A stretch of 63,597 nt of DNA, the filler included, from Octopus bimaculoides (Eukaryota), in assembly GCF_001194135.2 (NCBI RefSeq). It is 5 parts of 5 records of this genome, joined end to end, with 100 filler letters (N's around TTAATTAATTAA, not from the genome) between each part and the next. Parts side by side here need not be neighbours in the genome. Positions count along the whole stretch, not along the records: positions 43,630 to 51,854 come from NW_026345955.1; positions 51,955 to 61,672 come from NC_068997.1; positions 61,773 to 63,597 come from NW_026345507.1; 2 more parts are not named here. One strand, written 5' to 3'. The notes beneath the pieces were generated by a model. It was given only the letters and a program-made list of their open reading frames with translations, was not told the DNA's origin and ran no database searches. Shown here piece by piece: positions 51,125 through 62,924 of the stretch; within the stretch, counting starts at the first letter, position 1, and every line of letters begins with the position of its first letter. A program made the position numbers and the translations under genes.

Positions 51125-51850
51125 ATTGAGTGGTTGGCGTTAGGAAGGGCATCCAGCTGTAGAAACTCTGCCAAATTAGACTGGAGCCTGGTGTTGCCAT
51201 CCGGTTTCACCAGTCCTCAGTCAAATCGTCCAACCCATGCTAGCATGGAAAGCGGACGTTAAACGATGATGATGATGATGATGATATATATATATTACAT
51301 ACATATATGCACACACATATATATATATACATACATGTATAGATATATATATATATACATACATACATTCACATGTATACATATATGTATACATCATCAT
51401 GAGCATTGTTTAACGTCCACTTTCCATGCTGGCATATGTTGGACAGTTTGACTGAGGACTGGTGAGCCAGAAGGCTGACCCAGGCTCCAGTCTGATCTGG
51501 CAAAGTTTCTACAGCTGGATGCCCTTCCTAACAACAACCATTCCAAGGGTGTCGTGGGTGCATATACATGACACTGGCGCGAGGGCCAGTCAGGCGGTTC
51601 TGGCAACAACCATGCTCAAAAGGTGCTTTGACGTGCTACCTGCATGGGAGCCAGACCAGTCGCACTGGCAGCAACCACGCTCGAATGTTGTTTTTCATGT
51701 GCCAGTAGGCGACGCTGGCAATGATCATGCTCGCATGGTACTTTTTATTTGCCACCAACATGTTAGCCAATCCATGGCCCTGGCAACGGTCATACTCGGA
51801 TGTGCTATTAACGTTCCACTGGCACGAGTGACAATCAGGCAATAGTGTCA
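51125..51850. mobile_element. Tail-to-tail pair of retroposon 3' ends with a GGAAGGGCATCC motif and (GAT)n tails (+ 51125-51285; - ~51395-51850)
   Basis: gttggcgttaggaagggcatccagctgtagaaac...catgctagcatggaaagcggacgttaaacgatgatgat and its reverse complement; a third decayed copy (-) lies at ~38730-38840. Confidence 0.75.
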
Positions 51851-51955
51851 TCGGNNNNNNNNNNNNNNNNNNNNNNNNNNNNNNNNNNNNNNNNNNNNTT
51901 AATTAATTAANNNNNNNNNNNNNNNNNNNNNNNNNNNNNNNNNNNNNNNNNNNNC

Positions 51956-52222
51956 TATCATTGATACTCCTAGAAGTCTCACCAATGTATGACTCTGGGT
52001 TAGTCGCGCAAGCTCCTTCTTGGCACTTGATCTGGTATACAGTGTTCTTGGTTTTGCAGTTCACGTGTGGGTTTGTAGAACATACTGCACAATTATTTTC
52101 ACAGATGATTCTATCAAACGGATATGATTTACATAACTCAGATTTGATAGTCCTACCTGTCTTTTCTACAACTTTGATCTTAAGGCCAGTTGCGTGCAGG
52201 ATTTTCTTGAATGCCTTACTTA
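51956..52222 (-). mobile_element. Penelope-like GIY-YIG endonuclease fragment
   Basis: KIKVVEKTGRTIKSEL..CAVC..NCKTKNTVYQIKCQEGAC..SYIGETSRSI, the typical VY.I.C...YIGET.R signature. Confidence 0.85.
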
Positions 52223-52449
52223 ATATATATATGTGTGTGTATATATATATATATGTATATATATATATGTATGTATATATACATGTATATATATATATAT
52301 GTGTATCTACCCCCATCTCAATCTCTCTCTGTCTCTCTCTCTCTATATATATATATCTCTCTATATATTTATATATATACACACGCATATACAGATGCGT
52401 AAGGTATTTGAGGACATATCTTTTTAGGTCATTGCTGTACTATTTGCTA

Positions 52450-52590
52450 ACTCTAAACGCTCTGAAATAATCAGAACACCTGAATTTATCCAATAAGTTC
52501 AACAGGCCATTGAGTACAATCCCAGAAAATCCATGAGGTGAATTGCAAAAGATCTTCATGTGTCAGAAGGAACTGTCAGAAATAGATAAT
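52450..52590 (+). mobile_element. Tc1/mariner-superfamily (maT/DD37D-like) transposase relic, HTH region
   Basis: TPEFIQ*VQQAIEYNPRKSMR*IAKDLHVSEGTVRN. Confidence 0.6.
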
Positions 52591-52656
52591 AGAAATAGAT
52601 TGTTCACTGAAGTTATAAACAGGTGCTTCAACCCCTGCCAAATTCATTAGTCCGAG

Positions 52657-52696
52657 GATGCCTCTCACTGACGAGGCACAACAATGTCGAAATATC
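52657..52696 (+). ncRNA. Minimal type I hammerhead-ribozyme-like motif (degenerate)
   Basis: GATG-CC-tctca-CTGACGA-GGCA(caacaa)TGTC-GAAA-TATC: intact core boxes, 4-bp stem II, GAUG/UAUC stem III; the cleavage triplet reads GCC instead of GUC. Confidence 0.55.
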
Positions 52697-53122
52697 AGCT
52701 GCTCCAGAAACATTTGCGCTCCTGACTGGAGTGTGTCATGAACGCATATTCGTCGTAAAGGAGGAATTCTCCTGTGAGGAAATAACAGAAATGAGGAGTT
52801 CACGTTCGAATTTGACTGACCATATAAAGAATAAATACGGAGATTTTAGTGAGATTTTAGTGAGATTTAATGGGTAAAGTAATTTTTGTTCATGTGTTGG
52901 AGAGTGCAGGGGGAGCAGTGCCATTACTATTTGTAAGGGCTTCATGCCCAGTGGGATGATGAGCGGAATCTATGCCCAGAAGCAACACCGGGATTTAATG
53001 CTTGTAGCAGAGTGGACTATGTTTAAATATCTCCGACTCACAGACGTTTGGGCCAACCAATGGACAGATTAAGTTCAGATTGATCCAAGATCTGATATCA
53101 TTCAATTTCTTCTTTTCTGCAG

Positions 53123-53168
53123 TTTTTACCTGTGGAATTTCAGTCACGAGATTTTGGATAATCCACAG
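53123..53168 (+). other. Candidate 46-nt internal exon of an unidentified gene
   Basis: Strong acceptor ttcaatttcttcttttctgcAG and donor CAG|GTAAGG; two frames are open; no homology recognised. Confidence 0.35.
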
Positions 53169-53279
53169 GTAAGGTAGAATATGGTCACAGAAAGGATCGA
53201 AATTATGGGAGGAGATAGTCACGCAAAGGTATGAAAGGAGGGTAAAAATATTTAAGGAAAATATCAAAATGTCGGTTTG

Positions 53280-53334
53280 TCTGTCCGTCCTTCCATCCGT
53301 CCGTCCGTCCTTCCATCCGTCCGCCTGTCCGTCC

Positions 53335-53372
<38 letters not shown>

Positions 53373-53426
53373 GTATGTATGTATGTATGTATGTATCTAT
53401 CTATCTATCTATTTGTCTCTCCCTCT

Positions 53427-53461
<35 letters not shown>
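53280..53461. repeat. Compound microsatellite (TCCG/TCTG/TATG/TATC/TC)
   Basis: Directly visible, running into a gap. Confidence 0.95.
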
Positions 53462-54165
53462 NNNNNNNNNNNNNNNNNNNNNNNNNNNNNNNNNNNNNNN
53501 NNNNNNNNNNNNNNNNNNNNNNNNNNNNNNNNNNNNNNNNNNNNNNNNNNNNNNNNNNNNNNNNNNNNNNNNNNNNNNNNNNNNNNNNNNNNNNNNNNNN
53601 NNNNNNNNNNNNNNNNNNNNNNNNNNNNNNNNNNNNNNNNNNNNNNNNNNNNNNNNNNNNNNNNNNNNNNNNNNNNNNNNNNNNNNNNNNNNNNNNNNNN
53701 NNNNNNNNNNNNNNNNNNNNNNNNNNNNNNNNNNNNNNNNNNNNNNNNNNNNNNNNNNNNNNNNNNNNNNNNNNNNNNNNNNNNNNNNNNNNNNNNNNNN
53801 NNNNNNNNNNNNNNNNNNNNNNNNNNNNNNNNNNNNNNNNNNNNNNNNNNNNNNNNNNNNNNNNNNNNNNNNNNNNNNNNNNNNNNNNNNNNNNNNNNNN
53901 NNNNNNNNNNNNNNNNNNNNNNNNNNNNNNNNNNNNNNNNNNNNNNNNNNNNNNNNNNNNNNNNNNNNNNNNNNNNNNNNNNNNNNNNNNNNNNNNNNNN
54001 NNNNNNNNNNNNNNNNNNNNNNNNNNNNNNNNNNNNNNNNNNNNNNNNNNNNNNNNNNNNNNNNNNNNNNNNNNNNNNNNNNNNNNNNNNNNNNNNNNNN
54101 NNNNNNNNNNNNNNNNNNNNNNNNNNNNNNNNNNNNNNNNNNNNNNNNNNNNNNNNNNNNNNNNN

Positions 54166-54233
<68 letters not shown>

Positions 54234-54278
54234 GCTACTACTACTACTACTACTACTACTACTGCTACTACTACTGCA
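54166..54278. repeat. (CTA)n microsatellite
   Basis: Directly visible. Confidence 0.97.
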
Positions 54279-54603
54279 TGCAGTACCCTATTCACATGAA
54301 AGCCTAGCTGTCAACACGTATAGGCAATCAGCACCAATGCTGTTTGATTTATCATCGCAGTGACGGGGGTTCGTTTCCGACACACAACAGCTCAGTGGAA
54401 TTATTGAGAAGCGCTGACAATGGCTGCTGTCGTCAATAATAATAGTATCGTGAAATTCAACCGATTCCTCTCACCTGTGACAATGGACACGTGATTGAAA
54501 GATAGGAATGGAGAGCGAGAAGTATTGACAAGCGAGAACCTGAGACGAAAAGAGACACATACGTACACACATATACATAAACACCCACCCCACACATATA
54601 TAT

Positions 54604-54639
<36 letters not shown>

Positions 54640-54681
54640 GTACATACACTTATACATAAATATACATCTCTCTCTATAAAC

Positions 54682-54721
<40 letters not shown>

Positions 54722-55332
54722 ACGCATGAATGTTTTAATACAAATATGTATGTATACATATATGTATACGCACACACATATATATGCATACACACATACA
54801 CACACACACATATATATATACACACATATCAATATGTATATATATATATATGATGTATATATGCATTCACATATATATATAGATAAATATATATATAGAN
54901 NNNNNNNNNNNNNNNNNNNNNNNNNNNNNNNNNNNNNNNNNNNNNNNNNNNNNNNNNNNNNNNNNNNNNNNNNNNNNNNNNNNNNNNNNNNNNNNNNNNN
55001 NTATATATATATATATATATATATATTTAAGCGAAGATATATGCATATACGCATGCTAAGAAATCTATATTTATTAACGCTCTCGCATTTATGTAAATTT
55101 CTCCTTTTATCAATTCAAAAGTAAATCGACTGAGCAATTTAGAGGCTTCCATACACTCAAAAAGAGAGCAGTTTAGGTTCTTATTATTCATGTTCGATTC
55201 GTTGGTGAATCTGGTTCTGTCCGTTCTTGCGTTGACCAAAGGAATTAAATTGCTGGTATTTGTTTAAATCTTTCACGGATTTTCTTTTTATCGGTCTTAT
55301 TGAAGATTTCCACACTTAGATTTTAGTTTTAG

Positions 55333-55499
55333 AAAATTCGAACGATTTAGGCTGGAAACTGACAATTTTAATGAGGGGTCGACGGGAGTAGTTGCCGTCA
55401 TCAAACCCCAAAAGGCTGTTGAGAAGTTTTGGGGAGCGCGAAGAACCGGTAGAATTACTACAAAGTTCTATCGATGCTGTCAGATCTCCGCCGTTCCAG
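55333..55499 (+). other. Candidate 167-nt coding exon (KFERFRLETDNFNEGSTGVVAVIKPQKAVEKFWGARRTGRITTKFYRCCQISAVP)
   Basis: ttttAG acceptor, CAG|GTACAA donor, one open frame, phase-compatible with 53123-53168; no homology recognised. Confidence 0.3.
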
Positions 55500-55519
55500 G
55501 TACAAATAATTCTTTTGGG

Positions 55520-55620
55520 TATAGGCTCAAGGCCAGATTTGGTGGGAAGTTGAACTAGGCGATTCCATCGACCCCCAGTACTCAACTGGTATTTATTTTA
55601 TTGATTCAGAAAAGATGAAC
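55520..55620 (-). mobile_element. Family B SINE fragment
   Basis: catcgacccccagtactcaactggtatttattttattgattcagaaaagatgaa. Confidence 0.65.
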
Positions 55621-56905
55621 TAAATGTATTATAAAAGATCAACAAACCGAACTGCTACTGGCTTCTGTTATTTCAAATATTGATTTACATAAATACAAAC
55701 AAAACAAGCTAAGCCGCTTTGAACAATATGAATACACTGATACTGAACAAGACATCAATGATAACATCCAAACACTGAGAGTACGAGGCCCATACTTCAC
55801 TTTTAAAGATCATAGACAGAACTTCACTTTTACCTTTCTACTAGATTCGTTAATCCTTCCAAAGCACACTTAAATATTTAAGTAAAAGCCTAAATATAAG
55901 TAAATATATATTTAAAGCTATCATTTCTCAAACAAAGCTTAGATCACGTTTACCTCGTTTTGACACTTTTAATTTATGAATACGCTGATCCAATTACTCT
56001 ACAGGACAAGATCAAAACCTGCCATTTCTTTCACATAGTTTATAAAAAGAGTATTGTTATTCAATTATCACCGAATCTACCGTTAAAACTAAACTTCCCT
56101 TGAAAAGGTAACAGATACAGGCATTGACATTATATCCATTCATCTTCTCCGTCCACTCCTCCCAAGCGCGACCAACTGGGACTATGGATATTAGCCACCC
56201 ATTTCGTTCTTATTCTTCCAATAGTTTCCAGTTGGCTCGGCTTCAAGAATCTATCTTGCCATTTTTTTCACTGCAGTATTCTAATCGCATGTCTACAGTA
56301 CCTAAGCTGGGAGAAGTAGGAGCCTCGACATTAGATTGCAAGGTAGAAATTGTATCCTGTTTTCTGTTTATTTGCGTAAAAAGAACAAAACGAACTAATA
56401 TGCATTTGTGAAACAGTGCAGTTTGTAAATACTTCTCCGCCGTCATTAAGATTGTAAGATTGCGTCTGCGTTTGTCCCCCTACCATCGCTTGACGACCAA
56501 TGTTGGAGCATTGTATTTTTTAAGTACACTGCATGGAAGTTTCTCGAAATTCTCTGGTGGTTTATATCGAAACGACGGCCATATATGATTACGTAATTCA
56601 ACATCTAAAACCGTCGGATTCAGTAACAATCCCCAAATATTTATCAATTATTATTGAGCTCCCTATTACAACTTTCTCGATGCTAAATTTTATATCGACG
56701 ACTCTCAAAGTACATCACACTAAAACCCGAATTATACAACTGCGATTATGGTGTAAGGTATTTAGTTTAAAATGTCACCTTATTACTATTTATCTTTTAA
56801 TGTTTTTAACAAAACATCCAATTCTCCATAACTGCCAACTAAAGGACCACTATGTGGCCACTCCAGCTGCTAAAAATAACCGCCTAACCCACCTCGTAAC
56901 ACACT

Positions 56906-56944
56906 ACGTTCATTCTTCTGATGAAGGTCCTATATCTGAAATGT
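56906..56944 (+). ncRNA. Minimal type I hammerhead-ribozyme-like motif (CpG-decayed)
   Basis: ACG-TT-cattctt-CTGATGA-AGG(tcctata)TCT-GAAA-TGT; restoring the CpGs gives the common CTGATGAAGG...CCGAAACG form. Confidence 0.5.
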
Positions 56945-58190
56945 TGGAACGTAATTATATTTCTCTGAGCGTGAAAATAAGCACCATGTCATACAGTCTA
57001 TTTTATCGTGTATTTTCTGTATTTTCACAGCTTCATATGCGTAATATGCATGTAATAACATGTATATATATGCATATATANNNNNNNNNNNNNNNNNNNN
57101 NNNNNNNNNNNNNNNNNNNNNNNNNNNNNNNNNNNNNNNNNNNNNNNNNNNNNNNNNNNNNNNNNNNNNNNNNNNNNNNNNNNNNNNNNNNNNNNNNNNN
57201 NNNNNNNNNNNNNNNNNNNNNNNNNNNNNNNNNNNNNNNNNNNNNNNNNNNNNNNNNNNNNNNNNNNNNNNNNNNNNNNNNNNNNNNNNNNNNNNNNNNN
57301 NNNNNNNNNNNNNNNNNNNNNNNNNNNNNNNNNNNNNNNNNNNNNNNNNNNNNNNNNNNNNNNNNNNNNNNNNNNNNNNNNNNNNNNNNNNNNNNNNNNN
57401 NNNNNNNNNNNNNNNNNNNNNNNNNNNNNNNNNNNNNNNNNNNNNNNNNNNNNNNNNNNNNNNNNNNNNNNNNNNNNNNNNNNNNNNNNNNNNNNNNNNN
57501 NNNNNNNNNNNNNNNNNNNNNNNNNNNNNNNNNNNNNNNNNNNNNNNNNNNNNNNNNNNNNNNNNNNNNNNNNNNNNNNNNNNNNNNNNNNNNNNNNNNN
57601 NNNNNNNNNNNNNNNNNNNNNNNNNNNNNNNNNNNNNNNNNNNNNNNNNNNNNNNNNNNNNNNNNNNNNNNNNNNNNNNNNNNNNNNNNNNNNNNNNNNN
57701 NNNNNNNNNNNNNNNNNNNNNNNNNNNNNNNNNNNNNNNNNNNNNNNNNNNNNNNNNNNNNTATATATATATATATAAATATGCATATATATACTCATGT
57801 ATATACATATATATATATATAAATGTACACGCACACATATATATATGTATGTATATATACACGCACAAATTCATGAAGGTATGTATATATGATTATTTGC
57901 TTTTTGGTGTGCGTATGTATATGTAGCTGAACGTGTATGGATGTATATATTGGGATATATGTGGATATTAGCTGGAAGTATGAAGAGATTGTGTAGAGCG
58001 GGAAGAATCAGGGATATGATGAGGAAACGAAAGGGGGGGGTAGAAGGAGAAGGGGTGATGGGAAGAGTGAGAAAGACACATTGACAGAGGGAGATCAAAA
58101 GGTGGCAAGATTTTGCATCGTATTTTGTCAACGTTATCAAGCATGAAGCTACAGACTCCCTTACCTGCAACTGCACCCACACACACACAC

Positions 58191-58228
<38 letters not shown>

Positions 58229-58935
58229 NNNNNNNNNNNNNNNNNNNNNNNNNNNNNNNNNNNNNNNNNNNNNNNNNNNNNNNNNNNNNNNNNNNNNNNN
58301 NNNNNNNNNNNNNNNNNNNNNNNNNNNNNNNNNNNNNNNNNNNNNNNNNNNNNNNNNNNNNNNNNNNNNNNNNNNNNNNNNNNNNNNNNNNNNNNNNNNN
58401 NNNNNNNNNNNNNNNNNNNNNNNNNNNNNNNNNNNNNNNNNNNNNNNNNNNNNNNNNNNNNNNNNNNNNNNNNNNNNNNNNNNNNNNNNNNNNNNNNNNN
58501 NNNNNNNNNNNNNNNNNNNNNNNNNNNNNNNNNNNNNNNNNNNNNNNNNNNNNNNNNNNNNNNNNNNNNNNNNNNNNNNNNNNNNNNNNNNNNNNNNNNN
58601 NNNNNNNNNNNNNNNNNNNNNNNNNNNNNNNNNNNNNNNNNNNNNNNNNNNNNNNNNNNNNNNNNNNNNNNNNNNNNNNNNNNNNNNNNNNNNNNNNNNN
58701 NNNNNNNNNNNNNNNNNNNNNNNNNNNNNNNNNNNNNNNNNNNNNNNNNNNNNNNNNNNNNNNNNNNNNNNNNNNNNNNNNNNNNNNNNNNNNNNNNNNN
58801 NNNNNNNNNNNNNNNNNNNNNNNNNNNNNNNNNNNNNNNNNNNNNNNNNNNNNNNNNNNNNNNNNNNNNNNNNNNNNNNNNNNNNNNNNNNNNNNNNNNN
58901 NNNNNNNNNNNNNNNNNNNNNNNNNNNNNNNNNNN

Positions 58936-58979
<44 letters not shown>

Positions 58980-59084
58980 TGTGTATTGGATCTAGTGGTG
59001 TATGAATGAGCTTGGCTTTTCTCTTGTAAAACGAGCTTCGATTTTTTGGTTCCTGAACCATTGCTATGTGGAAGATGAGCAAGT

Positions 59085-59125
59085 AAAGAGGGAGAGAGAG
59101 AGAGAGAGAGAGAGGAAGAGAAAGA

Positions 59126-59205
<80 letters not shown>

Positions 59206-59220
59206 GAGAGAGAGACAGAG
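59085..59220. repeat. (AG)n microsatellite
   Basis: Directly visible. Confidence 0.95.
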
Positions 59221-59671
59221 ATAGATGAGAGATAAGGGGAGGAGAGAAAGTAGGGATTCTCAGCAGATGAATAATATTTATGCGTGTATATCTTGTTTTA
59301 ATATATGCGTGACTATGTGCGTGCATGCGAGTTGTGGAGTGTATGTGCGAATGTGTGTGAGAGACAGAGCTAGATGGAGAAATGTGTGTGTGTGTGTGTG
59401 CATGTGTGTGTGTGTGTGAGAGAGAGAGTGAGAGGGAGAAAGATTTCTATGTATGTGTGTATACGTATATTGTGTACTTGTTTGTATGTTAAGATATGAA
59501 TTAGTCGGCCTCTATCGACGAATGGGGTATGTGCATGTGTCTGGATGTTTTAAAGGTATGCATGTGTGATTGTGTGATTTTGTGTATGCCTACGTGTTCG
59601 TACGTATGTGTGTGTCTTTGTATATGCAATGGTATCTGTGTTATGGAAAGTGATCGTGATGATGATGATGA

Positions 59672-59816
59672 TGACGTCAGTAAAATATAAAGACGACCAT
59701 ATTCTGCCCAGGTACCTCTCTGGATTATAACCACGTTCTGGTTACTCTGTTTCGGTGTTTCGTTTAGTTCTTTCGTTGGCACTCCAGCCAATCACACTGC
59801 ACAACCATCACGTGAC
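59672..59816. promoter_or_regulatory. Cluster of CRE (TGACGTCA 59672-59679), CCAAT box (AGCCAATCA 59786-59794) and E-box (TCACGTGAC 59808-59816)
   Basis: Three canonical metazoan promoter motifs within ~145 nt of CpG-retaining unique DNA; activity is inferred. Confidence 0.5.
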
Positions 59817-60522
59817 AGTCTATTTCAATATTTATTACCAAATTGTAAGAAAAACTCAATTTCCATTGATTGGATTTCACAAGCGATGTTTCTGACATTC
59901 ATTCTTCAGAACCTGCCAATCTTTGTATTGTTATAGGTGTGTGCGTGTATACATGCAAACACACACATGTTTTGTGGTTTGGATGGAAATACAATTATAG
60001 AATATAATATTATGTGTACATAATGAAGACAGCGTGCTAGCAGAACCGTTATCACGCCGACAGAGGCATTTCGTTCCGAGTTCAAATTCCGCCTACGAAA
60101 TGACATAGTTTAGTCCTGAAAAACAACATGATGCCTGTTTCAGGAATCGAATCGATGTCTTGTGATCGTGAGCGCAGCGACCTTTATAATGACCCACAGG
60201 ACTTTGGTAAGTATTGATGTCTAAATGTAAAAAACCGCCTGGAAAACGATCTATTTCGCAGAATTGCGTTTTTTTTTCGCTACATTATATTTTAAAGTAT
60301 AACGGGAATCATACTGTAATCTTTATACTGAGGATCCATGATCAATTCCTGCTATGCAATATATAATCGGCCCTCAAAAATACTGAAACGCATTTACAAA
60401 TACGGATGTATATGCAAAAACACATCAGACACGACAAAGGGGATGTAAGCATGATGAACAGTCGAAGCTTTCATTGGGTGCAGAATATGTGGATTTCAGC
60501 ACTTTAAGACATGCAATCACAA

Positions 60523-60579
<57 letters not shown>

Positions 60580-61306
60580 GCTTCTCATCCAGATTTCGGT
60601 GTTTATTTTTGTCTATCACTAATATATGTTGCCGGGGTATTTAGTTTACCATCCCGTTTTGTTGCATGTGCGAGTGTTACGTCCATTTTGAACCGTCTAT
60701 TTTTTGTGTAAAATTCTCTAAAGTATAGAGGTATTGTTAACAAATGTTTTTCTGCTGTATTTTTCCATTACTTTGCTTTTCATTGGGAGGCATAGAGTTT
60801 AATTAATGGCTACTGGCGGAATCAATGCTCATAACACAAAATTTAAATAAAGACAGACAGAGAATAATACATTACTGAATATTCAAGTAATGAACATATA
60901 TATATAAAGCGATGAAAATTACAATTCTGTTGTGATAGCAATGCATACACCAATCACATGGGCCATGCCATGTCGTCTGTAAACAAGTACCGAACACATG
61001 CCGGCGATACCGCTCTTTGGTGATGAGACCGTGAAAGTCTAGAAACGTTCATGGTAGATTTGAAAAGATGACTGTTCCAAACAAACTGGAAGGATGTCAT
61101 AGACAAATATTAAAAGAAAAATAATTAAAAAAAAGGCAAAAATTAACAAAACGTTGACGTGTTTTAAATATAGTAAATGAACACATACAAATATATGTAT
61201 GTATATTATGTATAACTAGATATATATGTAGTGCGTGTGTATATATATATATATATATATATACATACATACGTTTATTGGATATATAGAGAAATATGCA
61301 AACGCA

Positions 61307-61365
<59 letters not shown>

Positions 61366-61772
61366 GGATACGTTCTTTCAATTATATTTCGTTCCGTTCT
61401 TTATTTTATGTCCAAAACCCAACTTTAAATCTCTCGTAAATTTATAAACTCACAAGTTTGCAGACACAAACACATGCAAACACACACGAACCCTCTAGAT
61501 ATAAACGCATACATACATACATACATACATACACACATGCATACACACATGCATACATACACACATAGAGACATACATACATATGCACATACATGCATTA
61601 TAGATATATATTTAAATGTATATATATATTTATATATATAAATACACATTTGCATACTCATGTAAATGCACANNNNNNNNNNNNNNNNNNNNNNNNNNNN
61701 NNNNNNNNNNNNNNNNTTAATTAATTAANNNNNNNNNNNNNNNNNNNNNNNNNNNNNNNNNNNNNNNNNNNN

Positions 61773-61811
<39 letters not shown>

Positions 61812-62705
61812 CAGACTGACAGTTAGACTTAGTGATGTGCCAAAACCACCAAAAACACAGCATACGATTATTCAAACTATGTAAAATTCCTGCGCTCTTT
61901 TAATGTTTCCTGGGGTTAAATAACAGTAACATTTGTCCCAACCGGGTCTACCACATTATGCTGGCAAATAATCTTTACTTCAGAGTACTGGTAGTGAATG
62001 TCTCTCGTTGAGAGATTTAGAAATAATAATGTTTATATATACCTATGTCTTGCTCGCTTACGTTCTGGCGTCTGCTGAATTTTCTTGAGAACAATCTTTT
62101 CTTAGTGGTCAGACCATAGGTGGTCTTCTTCTAGCATAATGGACGTCCACTTAATGGTCATCCCTCTTATATGTATGTAATAGAATTTTCTGAATCTTCA
62201 GATTTTTCAATATGCTAGGCCACTGGTTTTAAATTGATATTAATCAAATTAATATTCAATTTTTCACTCTTGTTATTTAAATTTATATATATATATGTAT
62301 ATATATANNNNNNNNNNNNNNNNNNNNNNNNNNNNNNNNNNNNNNNNNNNNNNNNNNNNNNNNNNNNNNNNNNNNNNNNNNNNNNNNNNNNNNNNNNNNN
62401 NNNNNNNNNNNNNNNNNNNNNNNNNNNNNNNNNNNNNNNNNNNNNNNNNNNNNNNNNNNNNNNNNNNNNNNNNNNNNNNNNNNNNNNNNNNNNNNNNNNN
62501 NNNNNNNNNNNNNNNNNNNNNNNNNNNNNNNNNNNNNNNNNNNNNNNNNNNNNNNNNNNNNNNNNNNNNNNNNNNNNNNNNNNNNNNNNNNNNNNNNNNN
62601 NNNNNNNNNNNNNNNNNNNNNNNNNNNNNNNNNNNNNNNNNNNNNNNNNNNNNNNNNNNNNNNNNNNNNNNNNNNNNNNNNNNNNNNNNNNNNNNTATAT
62701 ATATA

Positions 62706-62924
62706 CGAGGGGGTGCTGAAAAATTCCCGGTTTTGAGTAAAAGAAAATACAGGAGGTTCAGTTAATTATGATTTTATTGAACATATTCGCCTATCAGATT
62801 CACACACTTATTGCACCAGTCTTTCAATTTTTCTAAGCCCTGTAAAAGATCTCAGCAGATTGAGCATCCACCTAGGCCTTCTGTAATACCCTCTTAAATC
62901 CAGGAACTTTCCAGTAGCCCCTCA
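62706..62924. mobile_element. Mariner-type MITE (~219 bp)
   Basis: TA|CGAGGGGGTGCTGAAAAATTCCCGG ... CCAGGAACTTTCCAGTAGCCCCTCA|TA: imperfect terminal inverted repeats with TA target duplication. Confidence 0.8.

Noticed and set aside
51063-51160. Direct duplication of ~40 nt around a 10-N gap
   Set aside because: Typical unmerged contig-overlap artefact.
46575-51450. Many YI/HT/CV-repeat ORFs
   Set aside because: They are translations of (TA)n, (CA)n and (TG)n compound microsatellites.
56243-56446. Minus ORF containing NVEAPTS, reminiscent of the expected XLF second exon
   Set aside because: It lies upstream of exon 1 in the wrong order, has no acceptor at the right place, and the surrounding residues do not match XLF.
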